Below, one piece after another: positions 22,301 to 34,300 of a stretch of 64,000 bases of DNA; position 1 is the first letter of the stretch; each line of letters opens with the position of its first letter. The stretch is from Macrostomum lignano (Eukaryota): NCBI GenBank assembly GCA_002269645.1, contig NIVC01000064.1, positions 186,001 to 250,000 on the forward strand, in the 5' to 3' direction. The position numbers and the translations under genes were made by a program. The notes beneath the pieces are model-generated. The model worked only from the letters and a program-made list of their open reading frames with translations, was not told where the DNA came from and did not search any database.

Positions 22301-25300
22301 CTAGGCGCTAGTGTCTTCGTTGTCAGAGTTGCAGATGCTGCCAATAGTTCTGTTGGCGTCAACGATAGCAATATCGCCTCCGGATTGTCTAACAAAGATC
22401 TTGGCATTCTTGTTGATGCTGCACTTGCCCAGGTAGCGGACTTGAATTAATTTGCCCTTCAGATGCGAGTTGCATAGATCGCCCGCTTCCTATTAGAAGG
22501 CATATGTTCGCAGATTATTTGCTTTGAAAAATTTTGTTAGAATGCATAAATGACCTGTTACATGGGGCACTCGTCCTGAAGTTAAATAATTTGCTTTAAA
22601 TTTGAGAAAAATTCCTGTCTAAATGTGAGTACATGCATTTGCCCTGAGCGCAGGGCGCTTAGCCAGCACTTTTCAGAGAGACAATTAACGGCGCCAGCAC
22701 CAGGGGCTTTAGCACCAGGGGCTTTAGCACCAGGGCCTTTAGTACCAGTGGCTTTAGCACCAATGGCTTTAGCACCAGGGGCTTTAGCACTAGGGGCTTT
22801 AGCACCAATGGCTTTAGCACCAGGGGTCTTAGCACCAGGGGTCTTAGCACCAGGGGCTTTAGCACCAGGGGCTTTAGCACCAGGGGCTTTAGCAACAGGA
22901 GCGCCAGCACCAGTGGCTTTAGCACCAGGGGCTTTAGCACCAGGGGCTTTAGCACCAGGGGCTTTAGCACCAGGGGCTTTAGCACCAGGGGCTTTAGCAC
23001 CAGGGGCTTTAGCACCAGGGGCTTTAGCACCAGGGGCTTTAGCACCAGGGGCTTTAGCACCAGGGGCTTTAGCACCAGGGGCTTTAGCACCAGGGGCTTT
23101 AGCACCAGGGGCTTTAGCACCAGGGGCTTTAGCACCAGGGGCTTTAGCACCAGGGGCTTTAGCACCAGGGGCTTTAGCACCAGGGGCTTTAGCACCAGGG
23201 GCTTTAGCACCAGGGGCTTTAGCACCAGGGGCTTTAGCACCAGGGGCTTTAGCACCAGGGGCTTTAGCACCAGGGGCTTTAGCACCAGGGGCTTTAGCAC
23301 CAGGGGCTTTAGCACCAGGGGCTTTAGCACCAGGGGCTTTAGCACCAGGGGCTTTAGCACCAGGGGCTTTAGCACCAGGGGCTTTAGCACCAGGGGCTTT
23401 AGCACCAGGGGCTTTAGCACCAGGGGCTTTAGCACCAGGGGCTTTAGCACCAGGGGCTTTAGCACCAGGGGCTTTAGCACCAGGGGCTTTAGCACCAGGG
23501 GCTTTAGCACCAGGGGCTTTAGCACCAGGGGCGCCAGCACCAGGGGCGCCAGCACCAGGGGCGCCAGCACCAGGGGCGCCAGCACCAGGGGCGCCAGCAC
23601 CAGGGGCGCCAGCACCAGGGGCGCCAGCACCAGGGGCGCCAGCACCAGGGGCGCCAGCACCAGGGGCGCCAGCACCAGGGGCGCCAGCACCAGGGGCGCC
23701 AGCACCAGGGGCGCCAGCACCAGGGGCGCCAGCACCAGGGGCGCCAGCACCAGGGGCGCCAGCACCAGGGGCGCCAGCACCAGGGGCGCCAGCACCAGGG
23801 GCGCCAGCACCAGGGGCGCCAGCACCAGGGGCGCCAGCACCAGGGGCGCCAGCACCAGGGGCGCCAGCACCAGGGGCGCCAGCACCAGGGGCGCCAGCAC
23901 CAGGGGCGCCAGCACCAGGGGCGCCAGCACCAGGGGCGCCAGCACCAGGGGCGCCAGCACCAGGGGCGCCAGCACCAGGGGCGCCAGCACCAGGGGCGCC
24001 AAAGCTTGCTACAAGCTTGCTGCTGGACTTTTCCTAGCTAGTGATTGGTGGAGCGATGGGCACTATTTGCTTCCCAGTTCCCAATTACGCCGCTCTTGCC
24101 TGAATTGTAGCAACTGTCTAAAAATAGATAGACGTGGCCCACTACCCGCTTAACCCCCGGAAATGTTGATTCCCCGGAAATTAAACAGCACTCACCTCTT
24201 CACCGCAGTGATGCAAGTAGGAATTATTCATAAATCGAACTTCGTTGTCGCCAGAAATGCGGATGTACACACCGTCGGGCTTGGCGACGAGCACCTCGGC
24301 CAGGTATGCGTGGCCCAGTTTAAAGCGTACATTTTTTGCATTCTTGATCCGTCGTCTCTCTCTGAGCTGATGAATGACCCACCTGCTCAACAGCTGCAAG
24401 AATCCAAGGACAATGCCGATGCCCAGTAGGACAAATAGGCCGCACAGGTACTCGAATCCCAGAGGCACCTTGTTCTCAATGTCCGTCTGTCCGGAGTAGC
24501 AGCGATTCAAATCGAAATACTTCGAGCGCAGCTGAGCAAAATCGACGTCTTTGCGCGTTTTTAACTGATTAGTCAACTCCGCTTCGAACCGGAACCCTTT
24601 TCGATAGAACCAAGTCAGAAAGTGGCTGTTGGCGATGTTGCCCATGACGGTCAACTTGCAGTCTTTATTCTTTACGTAGCTCAACGTATCGGCGCTGGCA
24701 ATCAGAATGAAAGTTGGATCGGCCAGCACCTTAGCAACGGCTTCTTCGGTGCTGTTCAGGTACATCTCGTCAGGCCACTCTCGCACGGCCCTGGCGTGCA
24801 CCTTTGGCCAGTAGGTCTGCACTTCGGTGTCCACTAGCGAGTCTCTGATGTAGCCCCACTTGTAGCCCTTGCTATCGGCCAGGTCGCCTACAGAGGCGAA
24901 GAAAACGTGCCCCTCTGGCTTGATAAGAAAGGCTACCAGGTTGCTCAGGTAGGTTGTCATGTACAGCAGAGTGGAAAACCAGAGTAGCAGGGTGAAGAGT
25001 CGGCTGGACAGCTTCTTCGGCTCGGTCTCCACCTTGGACATAAGAAACGAGGACAGGACTAGGAAGAAGGATTCGTACGGCGAGTACATTCGCTGGTTCT
25101 CCGTGTTCGGGCTGATCTTGTCGCATGCGTACAGAGTGGCCGAGAGCAGTACAATTGCGATTACTATGCTCACCCAGACGTAGAACGAGAACGGATGAAA
25201 CACGTGCAGAAAGTCGGTGGAATGAACCACCTTTCTTCTGAGCATCTGAATGCCCTCCTGAACCATGTCAACCGAGAGATCGACGTGATCGACTCGATCG

Positions 25301-28300
25301 AACGTTGGCGACAGAAAATTCAGGCTAACATCGGCGGACTAAAACGAGAGATACATGTACGTTGAACAATTTTGAAAAGATTTTTAGGCTGCAAAAATGT
25401 TTCTTAAACAGGTTCGTGTAAAATTATAACACCTTACCCCGTTTTTAACCATTTCGAACACTTCGTTCTGGCTTTTGACAGGTATCAATTTGTACTCGAA
25501 GCCCAGATGAAGCCGCATCGCCTCCACAATCTCAATGCAGAGTCCTCGAGCAGTTTTTGTAGCGCTGTTGTAGCTGTAGAAGTACGGCTCGGTCTGGATA
25601 GTTTTCGACGATGGATTCCAGGGTTAGGAGCTACATAAAAAGGTCCTAGATCCCAGATCCTGGATCCCAGATCCTAGATCCCAGATCCTAGATCCCAGAT
25701 CCTAGATCCCAGATCCTAGATCCCAGATCCTAGATCCCAGATCCTAGATCCCAGATCCTAGATCCCAGATCCTAGATCCCAGATCCTAGATCCCAGATCC
25801 TAGATCCCAGATCCTAGATCCCAGATCCTAGATCCCAGATCCTAGATCCCAGATCCTAGATCCCAGATCCTAGATCCCAGATCCTAGATCCCAGATCCTA
25901 GATCCCAGATCCTAGATCCCAGATCCTAGATCCCAGATCCTAGATCCCAGATCCTAGATCCCAGATCCTAGATCCTAGATCCCAGATCCTAGATCCCAGA
26001 TCCTAGATCCCAGATCCTAGATCCCAGATCCTAGATCCCAGATCCTAGATCCCAGATCCTAGATCCCAGATCCTAGATCCCAGATCCTAGATCCCAGATC
26101 CTAGATCCCAGATCCTAGATCCCAGATCCTAGATCCCAGATCCTAGATCCCAGATCCTAGATCCCAGATCCTAGATCCCAGATCCTAGATCCCAGATCCT
26201 AGATCCCAGATCCTAGATCCCAGATCCTAGATCCCAGATCCTAGATCCCAGATCCTAGATCCCAGATCCTAGATCCCAGATCCTAGATCCCAGATCCTAG
26301 ATCCCAGATCCTAGATCCCAGATCCTAGATCCCAGATCCTAGATCCCAGATCCTAGATCCCAGATCCTAGATCCCAGATCCTAGATCCCAGATCCTAGAT
26401 CCCAGATCCTAGATCCCAGATCCTAGATCCCAGATCCTAGATCCCAGATCCTAGATCCCAGATCCTAGATCCCAGATCCTAGATCCCAGATCCTAGATCC
26501 CAGATCCTAGATCCCAGATCCTAGATCCCAGATCCTAGATCCCAGATCCTAGATCCCAGATCCTAGATCCCAGGTTCCACTGTGGTTTTCAGGTTACCTC
26601 GTAAGCTGCAAAGACTATTAGGCTTCGCGATATTGCACCAGCTCCATTGTACTCTGGTCTGTATGGCGACAAACTGGTTCCATCGTTGATCCACTTTCCA
26701 GTCAAGCTAAAAATGTCGCTTTCTGGTTTGCTTCGGTTGCTGCGGAACACGTCAATTTGCACTTTTGAGCGCACGTGAGTGGACTCGTTGTACGTGAAGG
26801 GGCCAGTCAGAGGGAACACGATACTCGTCTCCTGTCAAATTAAAGTAAGTTTGAGGTTCAGCGTCATTAGGCTCTGATCTTATTTGGCCGGTTCCGGTTT
26901 GTCCGGTTCCAGTTTGTCCGGTTCCAGTTTGTCCGGTTCCGGTTTGTCCGGTTCCGGTTTGTCCGGTTCCGGTTTGTCCGGTTCCGGTTTGTCCGGTTCC
27001 GGTTTGTCCGGTTCCGGCTTGTCCAGTTTCCAGAGAATGTTAGTCGATTTCTAGTCATAAAAATATGGCGCCCTTTGAAGACAGAATTAGAAACTTTGGC
27101 CTGACTTGATCTTCAGGAGGTCTACTATATTTGACTGGCTGTAATTTGCCACAAATTGACTCCCCTGAACCCTAACCCTAAACCCTACTCTAACAATAAA
27201 CCAAACCAAACGCCAAACCCTAATCTAAACCTCAACTTTAACCCTAACCTAAAGCGCCGGCAGTTAATTTTTGGCAGTCAAATGTCACCGACAGTCAAAT
27301 GTCACTGACAGTCAAATGTCACAGACATTCAAATGTCACCGACAGTCAAATGTCACCGACAGTCAAATGGCACCGACAGTCAAATGTCACCGACAGTCAA
27401 ATGTCACCGACAGTCAAATGTCACCGACAGTCAAATGTCACCGACAGTCAAATAGCACCGACAGTCAAATGGCACTGACAGTCAAATGTCACCGACAGTC
27501 AAATGTCACCGACATTCAAATGGCACCGACAGTCAAATTTCACCAATCAGCATAAGCTGCCCTTACCGTGGCAATCGTCTCTGTCAAAGTGGCACTGGTG
27601 GCCAATCGGCTCCATCTGCTGAACGACTTCAAAAAATGATTCATGCAGTCCAACACAAACGGCTGCAGCATTTCGCTTTGCGAACATTTGTTGTGATCGG
27701 ATAGGCGGAACGCGTAAAACTCGACTTCGCTTCGATAGAATTTGGTAAGATAGCGCTCGCTGTCGAACTATGATGGGACATGGAATGGTGAATAATGGCA
27801 TCATGCAGGAATGTATTCAGGGCATTGGTTGTTAAATTAAGCAAGGCCTAGGTGTCACATCCTGCTGGGGGGGGGGCGTGGCCTAGAAGTCTAGCGCGGC
27901 CGATCTGAGGTGCCAGCGGCCCAAGTTTGCTGGGATAAACTGGAATCTCGGCTTGGCTCTGCTCGTGCAATTACCGGCCTTGAGGGCCAACCCCCCAAGG
28001 CACAGTGAAGTGTACATGCCAAACGATAAATAAAGTTAGTGCCGCTGTACACTCCCGTGTGAGTGTGCGCCTGTGCGTATGACTGCGTACGTATCCGCGC
28101 GCTTGTGTGCCTGCTCAGGGGAGTCGGCGGAATGGGCAGTAATGCCTCTCGCCGGTCGTGTGACAATGTCGCTCAAAGACCAACTCACTAACCGAATGTT
28201 GCTTTAACTCCAGGTCTTAAACGAATCCTTGCTCTAATTACAATAAGGTTAAATAGGTCATTAGTGCACCCGATGCTGCTGACCCAACTCAGTTTATCAA

Positions 28301-31300
28301 ACAAGTTATTCTTTTATCCCGGTAAAACGCCGAACAACCAGAAGGTACTCACCAGACTGGGAAGGAAAAAGTACTGTGACGATACGAAAATCCCCACTCT
28401 TGAAGCCTGAAAAAAAATTTCAGATCAGTTAATCAAAACGGACATAAAAATGCTAAGTATTGTCATACTGGCATCGGATTAGCTATCCTCAAACCTGAGT
28501 GAGAGCTCTCTCCATAAGCGGCAGATTGGGCTCGTCAAACAGCATAATCCAGCCCATACCGGATGACAGAGTGTTCGGGTTGTAACGGGCAAATAAATTG
28601 TAGATTTGCTCATCCGAACTATTCGCCCGGATGGTGTGAACGCTGAATACTCGTCTGTCAAAGTTCACCAGGAACTGGCTGCTGGCTGCGGGGAACACAG
28701 TGGGTGCTCTGATCTGACACAATCACAATAAACTGGTTAGCAAACAGCACCAGGGCCTTTAGTACCAGTGGCTTTAGCACCAATGGCTTTAGCACCAGGG
28801 GCTTTAGCACTAGGGGCTTTAGCACCAATGGCTTTAGCACCAGGGGCTTTAGCACTAGGGGCTTTAGCACCAATGGCTTTAGCACCAGGGGCTTTAGCAC
28901 CAGGGGCTTTAGCACCAGGGGCTTTAGCAACAGGAGCGCCAGCACCAGTGGCTTTAGCACCAGGGGCTTTAGCACCAGGGGCTTTAGCAACAGGAGCGCC
29001 AGCACCAGTGGCTTTAGCACCAGGGGCTTTAGCACCAGGGGCTTTAGCACCAGGGGCTTTAGCACCAGGGGCGCCAGCACCAGGGGCGCCAGCACCAGGG
29101 GCGCCAGCACCAGGGGCGCCAGCACCAGGGGCGCCAGCACCAGGGGCGCCAGCACCAGGGGCGCCAGCACCAGGGGCGCCAGCACCAGGGGCGCCAGCAC
29201 CAGGGGCGCCAGCACCAGGGGCTTTAGCACCAGGGGCTTTAGCACCAGGGGCGCCAGCACCAGGGGCGCCAGCACCAGGGGCGCCAGCACCAGGGGCTTT
29301 AGCACCAGGGGCGCCAGCACCAGGGGCTTTAGCACCAGGGGCGCCAGCACCAGGGGCTTTAGCACCAGGGGCGCCAGCACCAGGGGCTTTAGCACCAGGG
29401 GCGCCAGCACCAGGGGCGCCAGCACCAGGGGCGCCAGCACCAGGGGCGCCAGCACCAGGGGCGCCAGCACCAGGGGCGCCAGCACCAGGGGCGCCAGCAC
29501 CAGGGGCGCCAGCACCAGGGGCGCCAAAGCTTGCTACAAGCTTGCTGCTGGACTTTTCCTAGCTAGTGATTGGTGGAGCGATGGGCACTATTTGCTTCCC
29601 AGTTCCCAATTACGCTGCTCTTGCCTGAATTGTAGCAACTGTCTAAAAATAGATAGACGTGGCCCACTACCCGCTTAACCCCCGGAAATGTTGATTCCCC
29701 GGAAATTAAACAGCTCTCACCTCTTCACCGCAGTGATGCAAGTAGGAATTATTCATAAATCGAACTTCGTTGTCGCCAGAAATGCGGATGTACACACCGT
29801 CGGGCTTGGCGACGAGCACCTCGGCCAGGTATGCGTGGCCCAGTTTAAAGCGTACATTTTTTGCATTCTTGATCCGTCGTCTCTCTCTGAGCTGATGAAT
29901 GACCCACCTGCTCAACAGCTGCAAGAATCCAAGGACAATGCCGATGCCCAGTAGGACAAATAGGCCGCACAGGTACTCGAATCCCAGAGGCACCTTGTTC
30001 TCAATGTCCGTCTGTCCGGAGTAGCAGCGATTCAAATCGAAATACTTCGAGCGCAGCTGAGCAAATTCGACGTCTTTGCGCGTTTTTAACTGATTAGTCA
30101 ACTCCGCTTCGAATCGGAACCCTTTTCGATAGAACCAAGTCAGAAAGTGGCTGTTGGCTATGTTGCCCATCACGGTCAACTTGCAGTCTTTATTCTTTAC
30201 GTAGCTTAACGTATCGGCGCTGGCAATCAGAATGAAATTTGGATCGGCCAGCACCTTAGCAACGGCTTCTTCGGTGCTGTTCAGGTACATCTCGTCAGGC
30301 CACTCTCGCACGGCCCTGGCGTGCACTTTTGGCCAGTAGGTCTGCACTTCGGTGTCCACTAGCGAGTCTCTGATGTAGCCCCACTTGTAGCCCTTGCTAT
30401 CGGCCAGGTCGCCTACAGAGGCGAAGAAAACGTGCCCCTCTGGCTTGATAAGAAAGGCTACCAGGTTGCTCAGGTAGGTTGTCATGTACAGCAGAGTGGA
30501 AAACCAGAGTAGCAGGGTGAAGAGTCGGCTGGACAGCTTCTTCGGCTCGGTCTCCACCTTGGACATGAGAAACGAGGACAGGACTAGAAAGAAGGATTCG
30601 TACGGCGAGTACATTCGCTGGTTCTCCGTGTTCGGGCTGATCTTGTCGCATGCGTACAGAGTGGCCGATAGCAGTACAATTGCGATTACTATGCTCACCC
30701 AGACGTAGAACGAGAACGGATGAAACACGTGCAGAAAGTCGGTGGAATGAACCACCTTTCTTCTGAGCATCTGAATGCCCTCCTGAACCATGTCAACCGA
30801 GAGATCGACGTGATCGACTCGATCGAACGTTGGCGACAGAAAATTCAGGCTAACATCGGCGGACTAAAACGAGAGATACATGTACGTTGAACAATTTTGA
30901 AAAGATTTTTAGGCTGCAAAAATGTTTCTTAAACAGGTTCGTGTAAAATTATAACACCTTACCCCGTTTTTAACCATTTCGAACACTTCGTTCTGGCTTT
31001 TGACAGGTATCAATTTGTACTCGAAGCCCAGATGAAGCCGCATCGCCTCCACAATCTCAATGCAGAGTCCTCGAGCAGTTTTTGTAGCGCTGTTGTAGCT
31101 GTAGAAGTACGGCTCGGTCTGGATAGTTTTCGACGATGGATTCCAGGGTTAGGAGCTACATAAAAAGGTCCTAGATCCCAGATCCTGGATCCCAGATCCT
31201 AGATCCCAGATCCTAGATCCCAGATCCTAGATCCCAGATCCTAGATCCCAGATCCTAGATCCCAGATCCTGGATCCCAGATCCTAGATCCCAGATCCTAG

Positions 31301-34300
31301 ATCCCAGATCCTAGATCCCAGATCCCAGATCCTAGATCCCAGATCCTAGATCCCAGATCCTAGATCCCAGATCCTAGATCCCAGATCCTAGATCCCAGAT
31401 CCTAGATCCCAGATCCTAGATCCCAGATCCTAGATCCCAGATCCTAGATCCCAGATCCTAGATCCCAGATCCTGGATCCCAGATCCTAGATCCCAGATCC
31501 TAGATCCCAGATCCCAGATCCTAGATCCCAGATCCTAGATCCCAGATCCTAGATCCCAGATCCTAGATCCCAGATCCTAGATCCCAGATCCTAGATCCCA
31601 GATCCTAGATCCCAGATCCTAGATCCCAGATCCTAGATCCCAGATCCTAGATCCCAGATCCTAGATCCCAGATCCTAGATCCCAGATCCTAGATCCCAGA
31701 TCCTAGATCCCAGATCCTAGATCCCAGATCCTAGATCCCAGATCCTAGATCCCAGATCCTAGATCCCAGATCCTAGATCCCAGATCCTAGATCCCAGATC
31801 CTAGATCCCAGATCCTAGATCCCAGATCCTAGATCCCAGATCCTAGATCCCAGATCCTAGATCCCAGATCCTAGATCCCAGATCCTAGATCCCAGATCCT
31901 AGATCCCAGATCCTAGATCCCAGATCCTAGATCCCAGATCCTAGATCCCAGATCCTAGATCCCAGATCCTAGATCCCAGATCCTAGATCCCAGATCCTAG
32001 ATCCCAGATCCTAGATCCCAGATCCTAGATCCCAGATCCTAGATCCCAGATCCTAGATCCCAGATCCTAGATCCCAGATCCTAGATCCCAGATCCTAGAT
32101 CCCAGATCCTAGATCCCAGATCCTAGATCCCAGATCCTAGATCCCAGATCCTAGATCCCAGATCCTAGATCCCAGATCCTAGATCCCAGATCCTAGATCC
32201 CAGATCCTAGATCCCAGATCCTAGATCCCAGATCCTAGATCCCAGATCCTAGATCCCAGATCCTAGATCCCAGATCCTAGATCCCAGATCCTAGATCCCA
32301 GATCCTAGATCCCAGATCCTAGATCCCAGATCCTAGATCCCAGATCCTAGATCCCAGATCCTAGATCCCAGATCCTAGATCCCAGATCCTAGATCCCAGA
32401 TCCTAGATCCCAGATCCTAGATCCCAGATCCTAGATCCCAGATCCTAGATCCCAGATCCTAGATCCCAGATCCTAGATCCCAGATCCTAGATCCCAGATC
32501 CTAGATCCCAGATCCTAGATCCCAGATCCTAGATCCCAGATCCTAGATCCCAGATCCTAGATCCCAGATCCTAGATCCCAGATCCTAGATCCCAGATCCT
32601 AGATCCCAGATCCTAGATCCCAGATCCTAGATCCCAGATCCTAGATCCCAGATCCTAGATCCCAGATCCTAGATCCCAGATCCTAGATCCCAGATCCTAG
32701 ATCCCAGATCCTAGATCCCAGATCCTAGATCCCAGATCCTAGATCCCAGATCCTAGATCCCAGATCCTAGATCCCAGATCCTAGATCCCAGATCCTAGAT
32801 CCCAGATCCTAGATCCCAGATCCTAGATCCCAGATCCTAGATCCCAGATCCTAGATCCCAGATCCTAGATCCCAGATCCTAGATCCCAGATCCTAGATCC
32901 CAGATCCTAGATCCCAGATCCTAGATCCCAGATCCTAGATCCCAGATCCTAGATCCCAGATCCTAGATCCCAGATCCTAGATCCCAGATCCTAGATCCCA
33001 GATCCTAGATCCCAGATCCTAGATCCCAGATCCTAGATCCCAGATCCTAGATCCCAGATCCTAGATCCCAGATCCTAGATCCCAGATCCTAGATCCCAGA
33101 TCCTAGATCCCAGATCCTAGATCCCAGATCCTAGATCCCAGATCCTAGATCCCAGATCCTAGATCCCAGATCCTAGATCCCAGATCCTAGATCCCAGATC
33201 CTAGATCCCAGATCCTAGATCCCAGATCCTAGATCCCAGATCCTAGATCCCAGATCCTAGATCCCAGATCCTAGATCCCAGATCCTAGATCCCAGATCCT
33301 AGATCCCAGATCCTAGATCCCAGATCCTAGATCCCAGATCCTAGATCCCAGATCCTAGATCCCAGATCCTAGATCCCAGATCCTAGATCCCAGATCCTAG
33401 ATCCCAGATCCTAGATCCCAGATCCTAGATCCCAGATCCTAGATCCCAGATCCTAGATCCCAGATCCTAGATCCCAGATCCTAGATCCCAGATCCTAGAT
33501 CCCAGATCCTAGATCCCAGATCCTAGATCCCAGATCCTAGATCCCAGATCCTAGATCCCAGATCCTAGATCCCAGATCCTAGATCCCAGATCCTAGATCC
33601 CAGATCCTAGATCCCAGATCCTAGATCCCAGATCCTAGATCCCAGATCCTAGATCCCAGATCCTAGATCCCAGATCCTAGATCCCAGATCCTAGATCCCA
33701 GATCCTAGATCCCAGATCCTAGATCCCAGATCCTAGATCCCAGATCCTAGATCCCAGATCCTAGATCCCAGATCCTAGATCCCAGATCCTAGATCCCAGA
33801 TCCTAGATCCCAGATCCTAGATCCCAGATCCTAGATCCCAGATCCTCCTAGATCCCAGATCCTAGATCCCAGATCCTAGATCCCAGATCCTAGATCCCAG
33901 ATCCTAGATCCCAGATCCTAGATCCCAGATCCTAGATCCCAGATCCTAGATCCCAGATCCTAGATCCCAGGTTCCACTGTGGTTTTCAGGTTACCTCGTA
34001 AGCTGCAAAGACTATTAGGCTTCGCGATATTGCACCAGCTCCATTGTACTCTGGTCTGTATGGCGACAAACTGGTTCCATCGTTGATCCACTTTCCAGTC
34101 AAGCTAAAAATGTCGCTTTCTGGTTTGCTTCGGTTGCTGCGGAACACGTCAATTTGCACTTTTGAGCGCACGTGAGTGGACTCGTTGTACGTGAAGGGGC
34201 CAGTCAGAGGGAACACGATACTCGTCTCCTGTCAAATTAAAGTAAGTTTGAGGTTCAGCGTCATTAGGCTCTGATCTTATTTGGCCGGTTCCGGTTTGTC

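Noticed and set aside
23531-24001. Resemblance of CACCAGGGGCGC to the CTCF motif
   Set aside because: It lacks one core G, is a simple satellite variant, and CTCF is reported lost in flatworms.
22625-24037. Long GALAP/GAPAP (+) and LAPLV/LKPLV (-) ORFs, also at 28658-29562
   Set aside because: Stop-free frames follow automatically from a 15-bp unit; the arrays lie inside iGluR introns.
24181-24195. Class I PDZ-like ending -SAV in copy A versus -RAV in copy B
   Set aside because: These codons are the intronic part of the GTGAG donor; they are only relevant if the intron is retained, for which there is no evidence.
27167-27252. Interstitial telomere (CCCTAA)
   Set aside because: Too short and degenerate; such tracts are common inside small transposon-derived repeats.
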